A stretch of 46,497 nucleotides of DNA from a virus. Shown in pieces: positions 9,142 to 17,732 of the stretch (position 1 is the stretch's first letter; every line of letters begins with the position of its first letter). The stretch lies in the UHGV virus genome UHGV-1364979, one strand, 5' to 3'. The notes below the pieces were generated by a model that saw nothing but the letters and a program-made list of their open reading frames with translations, had not been told where the DNA came from and did no database searches. Made by a program: the position numbers and the translations under genes.

Positions 9142-9542
9142 GCGACTTCGATACTTCATCAAAAGTTAAGGCTCGCAAGTTACATCGCTGCTGTGAATGT
9201 TACGGCGCTATTAATCAAGGCGATACCTACGAGAAAGCGTTTATTGTCCAGGGTGGCGATGCCAGCAACTTCAAGACGTGCCAGAAATGCGCAGAAGCGC
9301 GTGACTGGCTGCTTAACAAAACTGATTGGCCTGACGATATCGACGGAGATGGCCATTCGTATTTCTTCACGATGCTGCGTGACCACCTCCGTGAGCAAGG
9401 CCGTGAAGGCGACCGCAAATATGCATTTCGAGCGTATCGGCTTGTCGTCCTGATGGATAAGCGTCGCATGGCTTATGCCAATGCACACAACGCGGAGACC
9501 GTGAAAATCCGCGATTCTCTTGCTCAAGGAGACTCAGCATGA
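9138..9542 (+). CDS. hypothetical zinc-ribbon protein
   Basis: CCECYG...CQKC pairs. ATGA overlap with the upstream gene. Confidence 0.5.
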   Translation: MSDFDTSSKVKARKLHRCCECYGAINQGDTYEKAFIVQGGDASNFKTCQKCAEARDWLLNKTDWPDDIDGDGHSYFFTMLRDHLREQGREGDRKYAFRAYRLVVLMDKRRMAYANAHNAETVKIRDSLAQGDSA

Positions 9543-9937
9543 CAACTGATATCACCGAACTGGTGCTGATTACCATCAAAAATCAGATCAAAAGCTTTGA
9601 CAAGGTAGCGCTGAGAGAGAATGAAGCCCTCGCGCTGGTAGAGGCGCTGGAGAAGGCGCAGACCATCAACGCAGCAGCCGAGAAACTGGTCCGCTGCAAA
9701 GGCCGCTACCATTCCGAGCAGAACTACCGAGCACTGGCGGCGCTGTTTGGCGTGAACACTCCAGATCTGCCACCGCTGGATGACGAGTCCCACGCCGTCA
9801 CTGGAGAAAACCTGCAGGAGAGCGCCTACAGAGCTGGCTTAACTGCTGGCTGGAATCTTGGGCTGGCTAATAACAACGAAGGGTTCAATAAATGCCTGGC
9901 GGCTCATACTGCTGGCTTCAAGGTGAAGGCTGAGTGA
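9539..9937 (+). CDS. hypothetical protein
   Basis: 132-aa ORF with ATGA overlap. Confidence 0.5.
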   Translation: MTTDITELVLITIKNQIKSFDKVALRENEALALVEALEKAQTINAAAEKLVRCKGRYHSEQNYRALAALFGVNTPDLPPLDDESHAVTGENLQESAYRAGLTAGWNLGLANNNEGFNKCLAAHTAGFKVKAE

Positions 9938-10125
9938 TGAAAATGGGTGAACACATGGAGCCGGTTGTCGAGCTCCTGGAAGAACTGAACGGCAACAACA
10001 CCGACGCCAAATTGAAACTACTCGCCCTTGTTATCTCGGAATACATGCTTAATGCGGATGTTACTGGCTTTGAGGTCACCGCAGGGAAGATGAAAGTTTC
10101 CGTAGATATAAGCGTGGAGGAATAG
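9937..10125 (+). CDS. hypothetical small acidic protein
   Basis: ATG at 9937 overlaps the upstream TGA. Confidence 0.4.
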   Translation: MKMGEHMEPVVELLEELNGNNTDAKLKLLALVISEYMLNADVTGFEVTAGKMKVSVDISVEE

Positions 10126-10129
10126 CCCA

Positions 10130-10651
10130 ATGACCAAATCAACCATAACCAGAGAGCGCCTGGAAAAAATTAAATCATGGCGTGAAACCTACGGCACCGG
10201 AAGCAACGTAATGCTGCCAGCTGAAGAAGCGGAAGAGTTGGCCTGCTTGGTGCTGGCCGCAATAGACAGCAAGCCGTTCGCATACATCATTCAGGACAAG
10301 TATGAAAGAGAGAGAGGGGTAGAGGGGCATCTTAGCCGCAGCCATGTATCGAAATATGTTAGCCAGGAAGACATTAATGATCACGAGATAACTTGCACGC
10401 CACTCTATCGCCACGCGCAGCCAGCGCTGGTATCTCTAACAGAAGCCCAGGTTGCTGCACTTGAGGAGGAAGAGAAGTCATTCCATGACGCGATAAGAAA
10501 ATGTATTGCTTCATTAAGGTACCACCATAAGCGAGCTGAAGCACATTCAACTGGTTACAAAGGCTCGACGCTTGAGGATGATACTTTGAAAAGTATTAAC
10601 TTTCTAAAAAGAAATATCACCACCGCCATGCTCAACGGAGGCAAGCCATGA
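10130..10651 (+). CDS. hypothetical protein
   Basis: 173-aa ORF. Confidence 0.5.
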   Translation: MTKSTITRERLEKIKSWRETYGTGSNVMLPAEEAEELACLVLAAIDSKPFAYIIQDKYERERGVEGHLSRSHVSKYVSQEDINDHEITCTPLYRHAQPALVSLTEAQVAALEEEEKSFHDAIRKCIASLRYHHKRAEAHSTGYKGSTLEDDTLKSINFLKRNITTAMLNGGKP

Positions 10652-10740
10652 AATCCTACCTCATCCGAAGGATTATTGCCGTATCAATGCTGGCATTCTG
10701 GATTGTTGTTGCTTTAGCTATCTGGTTTATTGTGAGGTGA
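10648..10740 (+). CDS. 30-aa hydrophobic peptide (MKSYLIRRIIAVSMLAFWIVVALAIWFIVR)
   Basis: ATGA-coupled to the upstream gene. One transmembrane helix. Not in the ORF track (under 60 aa). Confidence 0.3.
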   Translation: MKSYLIRRIIAVSMLAFWIVVALAIWFIVR

Positions 10741-10743
10741 TTT

Positions 10744-10902
10744 ATGCTGTGGAGCGATATTCAGGCTGCATGTGAGGAGGCTGACTTTCTTTATGAGGAG
10801 ACCGGAAAGCATCATGCCGTAATTCAGGTTGGCAGTATGATGATGGTGGTTGAGCATAACAGCATGCTTCGGCACATGTACTCAACGACGAGGTGTCAGT
10901 AA
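10744..10902 (+). CDS. hypothetical 52-aa protein
   Basis: An ORF fills the gap. Confidence 0.3.
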   Translation: MLWSDIQAACEEADFLYEETGKHHAVIQVGSMMMVVEHNSMLRHMYSTTRCQ

Positions 10903-11081
10903 TGCCGCAAAAATCAAAGCAGGAGGTGTGGAAGGCTGCGCAGATTGAAGGCGTCGACCACTTCATAGCAGCAATCGCCAAAGCCTTCCCTGATGCGATT
11001 GAGGTGGTTCACGTTAAATCCCCACGCAATGATTTGTGGTGCAGGAGCGGTAAGTGTGATGAAAAGAATAGACTGGAATGA
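10902..11081 (+). CDS. hypothetical 59-aa protein
   Basis: ATG at 10902 with SD GAGGTG 6 nt upstream. Confidence 0.4.
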   Translation: MPQKSKQEVWKAAQIEGVDHFIAAIAKAFPDAIEVVHVKSPRNDLWCRSGKCDEKNRLE

Positions 11082-11544
11082 GCTGTTTGAATACGACAAC
11101 GGAAATCTGATATGGCGGGAGGATACTGGCCGCAAGGCAAGAAAAGGTGAGGTTGCAGGCCACTCAGGGACAAAAGGATATACGTCGATTTGGTGCTATG
11201 GACGAAAATACTTTGCGCATAGAATTATATGGGAAATGCATAATGGCCCTATAACTGGCGGGTTGGAGATTGACCATGTAAACCATAACCCTGGAGATAA
11301 CAGGATTGAAAATCTCAGGCTGACAAATAGGGGAGGGAATCTAAAAAACAAATCTAAGTACTCCAGCAATAGTAGCGGAGTAACTGGCGTACACTGGAGG
11401 AAGGATAAGCGAAAGTGGCAAGCAAAAATAAGGGTTAACAAGAAGTTCATACATCTTGGATATTTCAACGACATACTTGACGCGGAGCTGGCAAGAAAGA
11501 AAGCAGAAGAAGAGTATGGGTTTCACGATAATCATGGTGTATAA
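11059..11544 (+). CDS. HNH endonuclease with C-terminal AP2 domain (homing-endonuclease-like), immediately upstream of terS
   Basis: EIDHVNHNPGDNRIENLRLTNRGGN is the HNH motif. GVTGVHWRKDKRKWQAKIRVNKKFIHLGYFNDILDAELARKKA is an AP2 domain. Start ATG at 11059 (MKRIDW) with an AGGAG SD. Confidence 0.85.
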   Translation: MKRIDWNELFEYDNGNLIWREDTGRKARKGEVAGHSGTKGYTSIWCYGRKYFAHRIIWEMHNGPITGGLEIDHVNHNPGDNRIENLRLTNRGGNLKNKSKYSSNSSGVTGVHWRKDKRKWQAKIRVNKKFIHLGYFNDILDAELARKKAEEEYGFHDNHGV

Positions 11545-11576
11545 TAGTTTCATTGATCATCACCTCGCCACCCTTT

Positions 11577-11605
11577 AAGCCAGCATCTCGCTGGCTTCTT
11601 TTTTA
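11577..11605 (+). terminator. intrinsic terminator after the HNH gene
   Basis: AAGCCAGC atctc GCTGGCTT then TTTTTT. Confidence 0.75.
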
Positions 11606-11616
11606 TCTACGCCATG

Positions 11617-11625
11617 TGTTAATAT
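11617..11625 (+). promoter_or_regulatory. extended -10 promoter (TGtTAATAT) for the packaging genes
   Basis: Preceded by ATCTACGCCATG, which is identical to 14294-14305. Confidence 0.4.
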
Positions 11626-11659
11626 ACTTGTATTCGGTTTACGAAAAGACGAAAACGAC

Positions 11660-12109
11660 ATGGCAAATCCAAATCCTATAATGAAGTTTTCTGCTGAATA
11701 CCAGCCAGCAGGAAGAGGTTTGAGCTACAGAAACAGGCTAATAGAAGCATTAAAACGTTGCGGGATGGGTGAAGAAGAGTTTCTTGATGCATTCATTCGC
11801 ACGTCAATAAGAATGGTGGAGGAAAATCCAACTCAGGGCGTGCAAATGCTGAAAGAAATATTTCTTCGCATTAGCCCCATGCAGAAGACAATGGCCCCTC
11901 CTGTTGAGTTCAAGTACCAGAAGGGTGCAACACCAGTGCAGCAGATTGAAGATGTCATTCAGTCAGTCTCGCTTGGTGAGCTTCCCATTGATGTTGCGTC
12001 TCAGGTTGTATCAATGATTAAGGTTGGCCTCGACGTCAAAGAGCTTACTGAGCTTGCCGAGAGGCTGGAGCGACTTGAGAAGATGATGGAGGGCGCAAAT
12101 GGCTCGTAA
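11660..12109 (+). CDS. terminase small subunit (putative)
   Basis: 149 aa directly upstream of and overlapping terL. Small helical protein with a coiled-coil C-terminus. Assigned by position. Confidence 0.55.
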   Translation: MANPNPIMKFSAEYQPAGRGLSYRNRLIEALKRCGMGEEEFLDAFIRTSIRMVEENPTQGVQMLKEIFLRISPMQKTMAPPVEFKYQKGATPVQQIEDVIQSVSLGELPIDVASQVVSMIKVGLDVKELTELAERLERLEKMMEGANGS

Positions 12110-13523
12110 ACGCCTCTCTGCACTGGCAATCGAAAAGCTGGAGGCGCAGGTGGATGATGCGATGACCGATGTTGCTGAGTCGGCCATCTTCGGTATCTGC
12201 GACATGCAGAAGAATGTCGTCAAGCGCCTCAGAATGACCGCTAGCGGCGTTGAGGATGTCACCCATGCAACTACGCAGGCAGATCACTTAATCCCCGCAA
12301 AACTCGAAAGGCTTCTTTATCCGAAGCGCAATAAGGTCGTCTTTGGTGGCCGAGCATCAACAAAGACCCGTACCGTGGCAACCATACTCACCGAGTCCGC
12401 GCGATTTAGGCCTGAGCGTATTGGCTGCTTCCGCGAAATTCAGCAGTCTATCGAGGACTCCAGCTATCAGGAACTGGTAGACGAAATCGACCGCAAAGGC
12501 GAATCATCGGAATATCGCTGCATCGACGGCAAGATAACCCACAAGCGAACGAAATCAAAATTCAGGTTCCGTGGCCTTTATCGCAACATCACCGGTGTAA
12601 AGGGGTTTGCCGGGATATCGAAAGCATGGGTGGAAGAAGCTGAAAACGTCAGTCAGGCATCGTGGGATATCCTTGAGCCGACCATCCGCGCGGAAGGGTC
12701 TGAGATATGGGTGACGTTTAACCCCAACAAAGAAACCGATGCCACATGGACTCAGTGGGTAGCGCCCTATTACGACAAGATGGTCGACGGCATCTATGAG
12801 GATGATGACACATTAATCATTGAGTGTAATTACCGAGACAACCCGTGGTTTTATGACACCCCGCTCCCGGCATCCATGGAGAAAATGAAGGCAGTCGACT
12901 TCGACCGCTATCTCTGGATATGGGAAGGAAAATTTAATAAACGCAGTGATGAGCAGGTATTCGGTGGCAAATGGCGTGTTGATAACTTTGAGGTAAAACC
13001 AGAGTGGCACGGTCCATATTTCGGTCAAGATTTCGGATTCAGTACCGATCCAACAGCAATGACTGAAGTCTACGTAGAGGATTTGCCTAATGACCGACGC
13101 AATGTTTATATTAATCGCGAATATGGAAAGGTTGGACTTGAGATTACTGATACCCCAACAGCAATGGAGCAGGCATTCCCTATGGCTAGAAAAGCCAGAT
13201 GGTATGGAGATTGCGCAAGACCAGAAACCATCAGTCACATCAAGCGCGCTGGCTTCGACATCCACCCATGCCCTAAATGGCCTGGTAGCGTTGAAGATGG
13301 CATTGCCTGGTTGCGTGGTTGCGACTCAATCATAATCCATGAGCGATGCAAGGAGATGCAAAGTGAAGCAGCCATGTACAGTTACAAGGTTGATAAAAAT
13401 ACAGGCGTAGTTTTGACTGACATCGTTGATGCGCATAACCATTTTTGGGATTCGTGTCGTTACGCACTTTCGGACTACATCGTACAGCGAGGCTCTGGAT
13501 GGATTAGAAGGAGCAGGAGATAA
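12099..13523 (+). CDS. terL: terminase large subunit
   Basis: 474 aa. Walker A GGRASTKT. Terminase ATPase plus RNaseH-like nuclease architecture. Confidence 0.9.
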   Translation: MARKRLSALAIEKLEAQVDDAMTDVAESAIFGICDMQKNVVKRLRMTASGVEDVTHATTQADHLIPAKLERLLYPKRNKVVFGGRASTKTRTVATILTESARFRPERIGCFREIQQSIEDSSYQELVDEIDRKGESSEYRCIDGKITHKRTKSKFRFRGLYRNITGVKGFAGISKAWVEEAENVSQASWDILEPTIRAEGSEIWVTFNPNKETDATWTQWVAPYYDKMVDGIYEDDDTLIIECNYRDNPWFYDTPLPASMEKMKAVDFDRYLWIWEGKFNKRSDEQVFGGKWRVDNFEVKPEWHGPYFGQDFGFSTDPTAMTEVYVEDLPNDRRNVYINREYGKVGLEITDTPTAMEQAFPMARKARWYGDCARPETISHIKRAGFDIHPCPKWPGSVEDGIAWLRGCDSIIIHERCKEMQSEAAMYSYKVDKNTGVVLTDIVDAHNHFWDSCRYALSDYIVQRGSGWIRRSRR

Positions 13524-13545
13524 GAAAAAGCCCCGTTGCGGGGCC
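13524..13545 (-). terminator. terminator for the leftward gene 13555..13887
   Basis: GCCCCG ttg CGGGGC. The U-run lies on the minus strand (plus AAAAAG). Confidence 0.6.
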
Positions 13546-13554
13546 TAGCTGTAA

Positions 13555-13887
13555 TCAATTGCAAAGCTGAATGCTTTTCCATGTTTTAAATGGGACACCT
13601 ATCGCCTCCCAGAACTCCTTATCTTCAGCAGCAATTAATCTAAAAAAATCTCCCATCTTCCAATAAGAGCCATTTTTTATTGACTCACGCTCCTCGGTAA
13701 GTTTTTCAACAAAGTGCTCAGTCCATGTGCAATCTTCATCCCAATTAGATTTAACGCCGTTGTAGAGTGAGTAAATAAAGCGATCAACGTATGACGACTT
13801 ACTAACCTCAATCCCCATTAAAACCATATTTATTACGCGAACCGCATATAAGTTTTGTAATTCAGCAGTACGTTCTTGATATTGCAT
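13555..13887 (-). CDS. hypothetical protein (single-gene leftward island)
   Basis: 110-aa ORF. Own promoter (13934-13962) and own terminator. Confidence 0.5.
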   Translation of the reverse strand: MQYQERTAELQNLYAVRVINMVLMGIEVSKSSYVDRFIYSLYNGVKSNWDEDCTWTEHFVEKLTEERESIKNGSYWKMGDFFRLIAAEDKEFWEAIGVPFKTWKSIQLCN

Positions 13888-13933
13888 CTTTGCACCTCAT
13901 TCATTCTCGGCCCCGAGCCGCCTCAATGAATAC

Positions 13934-13962
13934 AATCTACATCAACCATGAATCAACGTCAA
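13934..13962 (-). promoter_or_regulatory. promoter TTGACG-N17-TAGATT
   Basis: Minus-strand reading TTGACGTTGATTCATGGTTGATGTAGATTG. -35 at 13962-13957 and -10 at 13939-13934. Confidence 0.6.
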
Positions 13963-13975
13963 CATTTATAATAAA

Positions 13976-14266
13976 TTATTTGTAAAGCCAGCAGTGAATC
14001 CCCGCATTACGCATGGCGGCATAAATCACATCATCAGAAACGACCGCCATTGCCACCCTGTCAGCGTCAACCTGCTGGTGCGAAGCCATGATGTCATCAT
14101 AGAAAGCATCGTTAGCATGCAGCCACTCATACGCATGCTTTGCCCTCATGATTAGGACGTCGTGCCCGGCAGAGTAGAGCGACTTAGCAAGCGCTACGTT
14201 GCCAGCAATAGCATTGCCTTCAGCATCGCGCAGCACACCATCAAGCTCAAAAATGACACATTTCAT
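13976..14266 (-). CDS. small HAD-like fold protein with ELDGVL in place of the DxDGxL nucleophile motif
   Basis: MKCVIFELDGVLRD... 96 aa. SD GGAG. Confidence 0.4.
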   Translation of the reverse strand: MKCVIFELDGVLRDAEGNAIAGNVALAKSLYSAGHDVLIMRAKHAYEWLHANDAFYDDIMASHQQVDADRVAMAVVSDDVIYAAMRNAGIHCWLYK

Positions 14267-14292
14267 AAGATTTCTCCGAGAGGTTTCATTTT

Positions 14293-14321
14293 AATCTACG
14301 CCATGCTAGAATCTACGTCAA
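14293..14321 (-). promoter_or_regulatory. promoter TTGACGTAGATTC-N-GGCGTAGATT (TTGACG-N17-TAGATT)
   Basis: -35 at 14321-14316 and -10 at 14298-14293 (minus strand). A rightward extended -10 TGcTAGAAT (14304-14312) is embedded in its spacer. Confidence 0.6.
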
Positions 14322-14354
14322 GGCGCATTGACATAACTACATCACCGGGGCATC

Positions 14355-14594
14355 ATGAAGGCATACTCATCTTTTTCGTGGGAGCAGAAGGAGAAAATAT
14401 ACTCACTAGCAAGAGCTGGCGTGTCTGATGAGGCGCTGTGCGAAAGGTACGATGTGGATGAGGCCATCCTACTGCGCATGTATGATGAGGTGCTGTGTGA
14501 GTTGCAGCGGCGCCGGGGATACAGTGGGCTGAAGACGATTAATGATTTCTTTCGGAATGTTGAGTTAAACAATGATGAAGGTGGTGATTTATGA
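14355..14594 (+). CDS. hypothetical protein
   Basis: 79-aa ORF. Confidence 0.5.
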   Translation: MKAYSSFSWEQKEKIYSLARAGVSDEALCERYDVDEAILLRMYDEVLCELQRRRGYSGLKTINDFFRNVELNNDEGGDL

Positions 14595-14785
14595 TTATTG
14601 AAGAAACAGAAAACGCATATGACATGCACGTAACTGCGCAAGAACTTGAGGATGGAACACCTGTCGTGGAGTTGTATCAAGAGAATGGCTCCGGTGTTGA
14701 GTCATTTATTGGCATAGACAAACACCAGGCCGCACAGCTTATCGAAGTGCTGCAACGCTGGGTTGATGGCGAGAAGATTGAGTGA
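14591..14785 (+). CDS. hypothetical acidic protein
   Basis: ATGA overlap with the upstream gene. Confidence 0.5.
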   Translation: MIIEETENAYDMHVTAQELEDGTPVVELYQENGSGVESFIGIDKHQAAQLIEVLQRWVDGEKIE

Positions 14786-15003
14786 TGAAACGATTCCTTT
14801 TTGCATGGCTATACCTCTTTGCATGGCTATACCTCTTTGCAGTGTATATGGCATGCCTGGTACTGGCCTTCCCGGTCTGCTGGTTCATAAATTGGGAGCC
14901 ACCGATGTTGAGCGATATCATGAATATCGGCGTGCTGCGTATTGCAGTTTTCATGCTGGTTGCGTCTATGGTTGGCGCGTTGTTTCTTAGCAAAGTTGAT
15001 TGA
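14785..15003 (+). CDS. small membrane protein carrying an in-frame 18-bp tandem duplication (FAWLYL FAWLYL)
   Basis: Hydrophobic ORF. The repeat unit gcatggctatacctcttt occurs twice, at 14803-14838. Confidence 0.45.
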   Translation: MKRFLFAWLYLFAWLYLFAVYMACLVLAFPVCWFINWEPPMLSDIMNIGVLRIAVFMLVASMVGALFLSKVD

Positions 15004-15012
15004 GGTGAAGTG

Positions 15013-15174
15013 ATGCAACTATTCTGGTCGTTCTGGGTGCCATTTAATTTTATCTTCTGGTGGTGCGCCGCTCTAAAGGTGAATAACCCTGGGTGGAAGC
15101 ACGTCTTAGCGGGAACTGTTTTTGCATTTGTCACGGGGATGGTTCCTTTCCTGACATACCAGGCGATAAAATAA
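15013..15174 (+). CDS. 53-aa membrane peptide
   Basis: SD GAGGTG precedes the ATG at 15013. Two hydrophobic segments. Confidence 0.35.
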   Translation: MQLFWSFWVPFNFIFWWCAALKVNNPGWKHVLAGTVFAFVTGMVPFLTYQAIK

Positions 15175-15192
15175 CACCTACACCATGCTATA

Positions 15193-15219
15193 ATCCCATC
15201 CATGCGATGGGATTTTTTA
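15193..15219 (+). terminator. intrinsic terminator immediately upstream of portal
   Basis: TCCCATC catgc GATGGGA then TTTTTT. An extended -10 TGcTATAAT (15186-15194) overlaps its 5' arm. Confidence 0.7.
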
Positions 15220-15229
15220 TGGTGATGAA

Positions 15230-16672
15230 ATGTCAAAGTTAGAGGCTGTAAACGCCTATATTCAGCAGCGAGTGGCGAACAATAACAGACTCATCGAGCG
15301 GCAGCGCCGGGAGTTTGGCGGTGTAAACATAGACCAAAAGCACACCAGACTGTATGTCGAATGCGGCTACCCTGAAGAAATTACCGCTGAGATGTTCCGC
15401 TATGCCTATGAGCGCTATGCACCGGCAACGGCTGGCGTCAATCGCGTACTCGATAAGTGCTGGCAGACTCCGCCGCAAATCCTCCAGGAAGGCGCCGATG
15501 ACAAAGCAAGCACCCCGTGGGAAAGGGCCGCAAATAAGCTGTTTAAGCGCGCTGCGCCGTTCATTAAGGATGCTGACCGACGCAACCTCATCAACCGCTA
15601 CTCCGGCCTCATCCTGCAAATCCGTGACGGAAAGCAGTGGAATGAGCCGGTAGACACTGCGAAAACAAGGCGCATCAAGGATGCTGCCATTGTCCGTTAC
15701 ATTCCGGTATGGGAAGAGCAGCTTCGCGTTAGCGAGTGGGAAAACGACGAAGCCAGTGAGGACTATGGTCAGCCGAAGATGTACGAATATCAGGAGTCGG
15801 TAGTCGGCGCCTGCAACAGCGACGGCAAGCCAACGCGCTCCCTGAGCATTCACCCTGACCGCGTAATCGTATTTGCCGAAGGCGCGATGGATGGTTCCAT
15901 TTACTCTGGCGTTCCGCTTCTGCGCGCCGGGTATAACCACCTCATCGACATGGCGAAAGTCACCGGATCAAGCGCCGAGGGCTTCCTGAAGAATGCAAGC
16001 CGACAGCTCAACGTTAATTATAATAAAGACAACGTTTCCGCTCAGTCTCTGGCGCAGCAAATGGGTGTGCCGCTGGAAGAGCTGGCAGATGTGCTCAATG
16101 AGGATGTGGCGCGCCTGAATGAGGCTATTGACGCGGCGATGTTCACGATGGGCGCCGATGTCAAAGTGCTCTCAGTGACGCCAGCAGACCCAGGGCCAAC
16201 GTGGACTATTGCAGCCAACCAGTTTGCAGCATCCATCAAGAAGCCATTCACCATCCTGTTTGGTCAGCAGACTGGCCGCCTTGCATCCGATGAGGATAAA
16301 ACCGACGACGCCATGAGCGCCAAACAGCGCCGTGAGGACTGGCTGGACTACATTATTTCGGTATTCATCGACCGGATGATTTCCTTTGGCATTCTGGACA
16401 AGGCACCGGAGAGCGGTTATTACTGCAAATGGGATGACCTGCTTGCACCTTCCGAGCTGAACAAGGCCGACCTGCTGGTTAAGCTGGCCACTGCAAACAA
16501 ATCCGTATTCGACGCAGGTCAGATGGCTCTGATGACCGCCGATGAGATGCGTGGCATTGTTGGTATGGAGCCTCTGGAAGAGCAGCTTCCTGAAGGATTG
16601 CAGGAAGGTCAGCAGCAGCAATCACAGCAAGACCAACAGCAGGGCCAGACTGATGCGCCTCCTCAAAATTAA
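15230..16672 (+). CDS. portal protein
   Basis: 480 aa directly after the terminase. Acidic Gln-rich C-terminal tail. Assigned by size and position. Confidence 0.75.
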   Translation: MSKLEAVNAYIQQRVANNNRLIERQRREFGGVNIDQKHTRLYVECGYPEEITAEMFRYAYERYAPATAGVNRVLDKCWQTPPQILQEGADDKASTPWERAANKLFKRAAPFIKDADRRNLINRYSGLILQIRDGKQWNEPVDTAKTRRIKDAAIVRYIPVWEEQLRVSEWENDEASEDYGQPKMYEYQESVVGACNSDGKPTRSLSIHPDRVIVFAEGAMDGSIYSGVPLLRAGYNHLIDMAKVTGSSAEGFLKNASRQLNVNYNKDNVSAQSLAQQMGVPLEELADVLNEDVARLNEAIDAAMFTMGADVKVLSVTPADPGPTWTIAANQFAASIKKPFTILFGQQTGRLASDEDKTDDAMSAKQRREDWLDYIISVFIDRMISFGILDKAPESGYYCKWDDLLAPSELNKADLLVKLATANKSVFDAGQMALMTADEMRGIVGMEPLEEQLPEGLQEGQQQQSQQDQQQGQTDAPPQN

Positions 16673-17597
16673 TGCCAGGCTTCCGCAGCCAAAATTAAGC
16701 ATGAGCCTGACAGACCCGCTCGGCGCAGTGGGTCGCGTCAATCAGATGGTGCGCGATGTTGACGCCAGATATGTGACGTTAAAATCGAAGGTTGCCGATC
16801 TGTTCCGCACTATTCCTGTGGCGACCGGCAATGCTGAGGCTGGAAATTATTATTATGATTTCTCCGCCTACCGCGCATCGACATTCTTTGATGAGCTTCA
16901 GCGCATTCTTGATAGCCAGCTGCTGGAGGGCGATGATTTCACACATGGAAGGCTATGGGCATCATCCTACGTGAGCGACGCCATGTATGCCGGTACGCAG
17001 AAGGCTAGCTCAGACCTGAGCGACCTGTCGTCGGCATACAAAGACAGCAGGCCACTTGCTGAAATCCTGTACTCTCAGCCGTATCTCGACCGGCTCCAGC
17101 TTGCGTACACGCGCACGTATAACGACTGGGGTGGTCTTTCAGATTACACGCGACAGCAGGTGGCAGAGGTCATCACTGCTGGTATTGCAAATGGCGACGC
17201 GCCCGGAGTGGTTGAGCAAAACATCGTTAACCGCATGGACGTATCAAGGAGTTACGCGCACTCCATTGCTCAGACTGAAATCACAAACACCCTACGTGAG
17301 GCTAACAGGCGCGAAGTGAAAGAGGCGCAGGTCACGCTGGGCATGGACACCATCATGCTCTGGCAGTCGGCGCTTATGAAAACCACCCGTGTCACTCATG
17401 CCGCGCGTCACGGGAAGTATTACACCCCCGAAGAGATTGATGAGTTCTACAGCGAGGGAGCAAACCGCCGCAACTGCCACTGCGCACAGACTCCGGCGCT
17501 GGTGATGGATGGCAAGCCGGTGATACTTGAGAGGACGCAGGAAAGGCTCGATAAGCAGCGTGAGGCATGGCAGGACACACACAAGAAAGCCGCCTGA
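16653..17597 (+). CDS. head morphogenesis protein (Mu F / SPP1 gp7-like minor head protein)
   Basis: Follows portal. Conserved region ...[16 protein letters not shown]... The start at 16653 overlaps the portal end. Confidence 0.7.
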   Translation: MRLLKINARLPQPKLSMSLTDPLGAVGRVNQMVRDVDARYVTLKSKVADLFRTIPVATGNAEAGNYYYDFSAYRASTFFDELQRILDSQLLEGDDFTHGRLWASSYVSDAMYAGTQKASSDLSDLSSAYKDSRPLAEILYSQPYLDRLQLAYTRTYNDWGGLSDYTRQQVAEVITAGIANGDAPGVVEQNIVNRMDVSRSYAHSIAQTEITNTLREANRREVKEAQVTLGMDTIMLWQSALMKTTRVTHAARHGKYYTPEEIDEFYSEGANRRNCHCAQTPALVMDGKPVILERTQERLDKQREAWQDTHKKAA

Positions 17598-17622
17598 CGG
17601 CGGCCTCTGTTAACTTTTTTTA
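17588..17622 (+). terminator. probable terminator (stem with a distal T-run)
   Basis: GCCGCC tgac GGCGGC, then a T7 run 10 nt downstream. Confidence 0.4.
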
Positions 17623-17732
17623 ATGAACCCTCCGCAACCACACTTTGGGCACATCGTATATTGAATACCTGGCTTTTCAATTCTGTCGCGGTTGTGATGT
17701 TCGTGCTTGCATGCCACGCAGATGATAATCAT
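17610..17732 (-). CDS. 40-aa zinc-ribbon peptide (MIIICVACKHEHHNRDRIEKPGIQYTMCPKCGCGGFIKKS)
   Basis: CxxC...CxxC pattern. TAATG-coupled to the 328-aa gene. Not in the ORF track. Confidence 0.4.
   Translation of the reverse strand: MIIICVACKHEHHNRDRIEKPGIQYTMCPKCGCGGFIKKS

Noticed and set aside
14797-14840. Possible CRISPR-like repeat
   Set aside because: Only two adjacent copies of an 18-bp unit, no spacers, inside a coding frame. It is a tandem duplication, not a CRISPR array. No CRISPR array is present anywhere in the window.
15239-16621. Long minus-strand ORFs (233 aa, 149 aa) inside portal
   Set aside because: They are antisense to a confidently assigned gene. They have no start context and no promoter motif, which is otherwise present at every real leftward unit.
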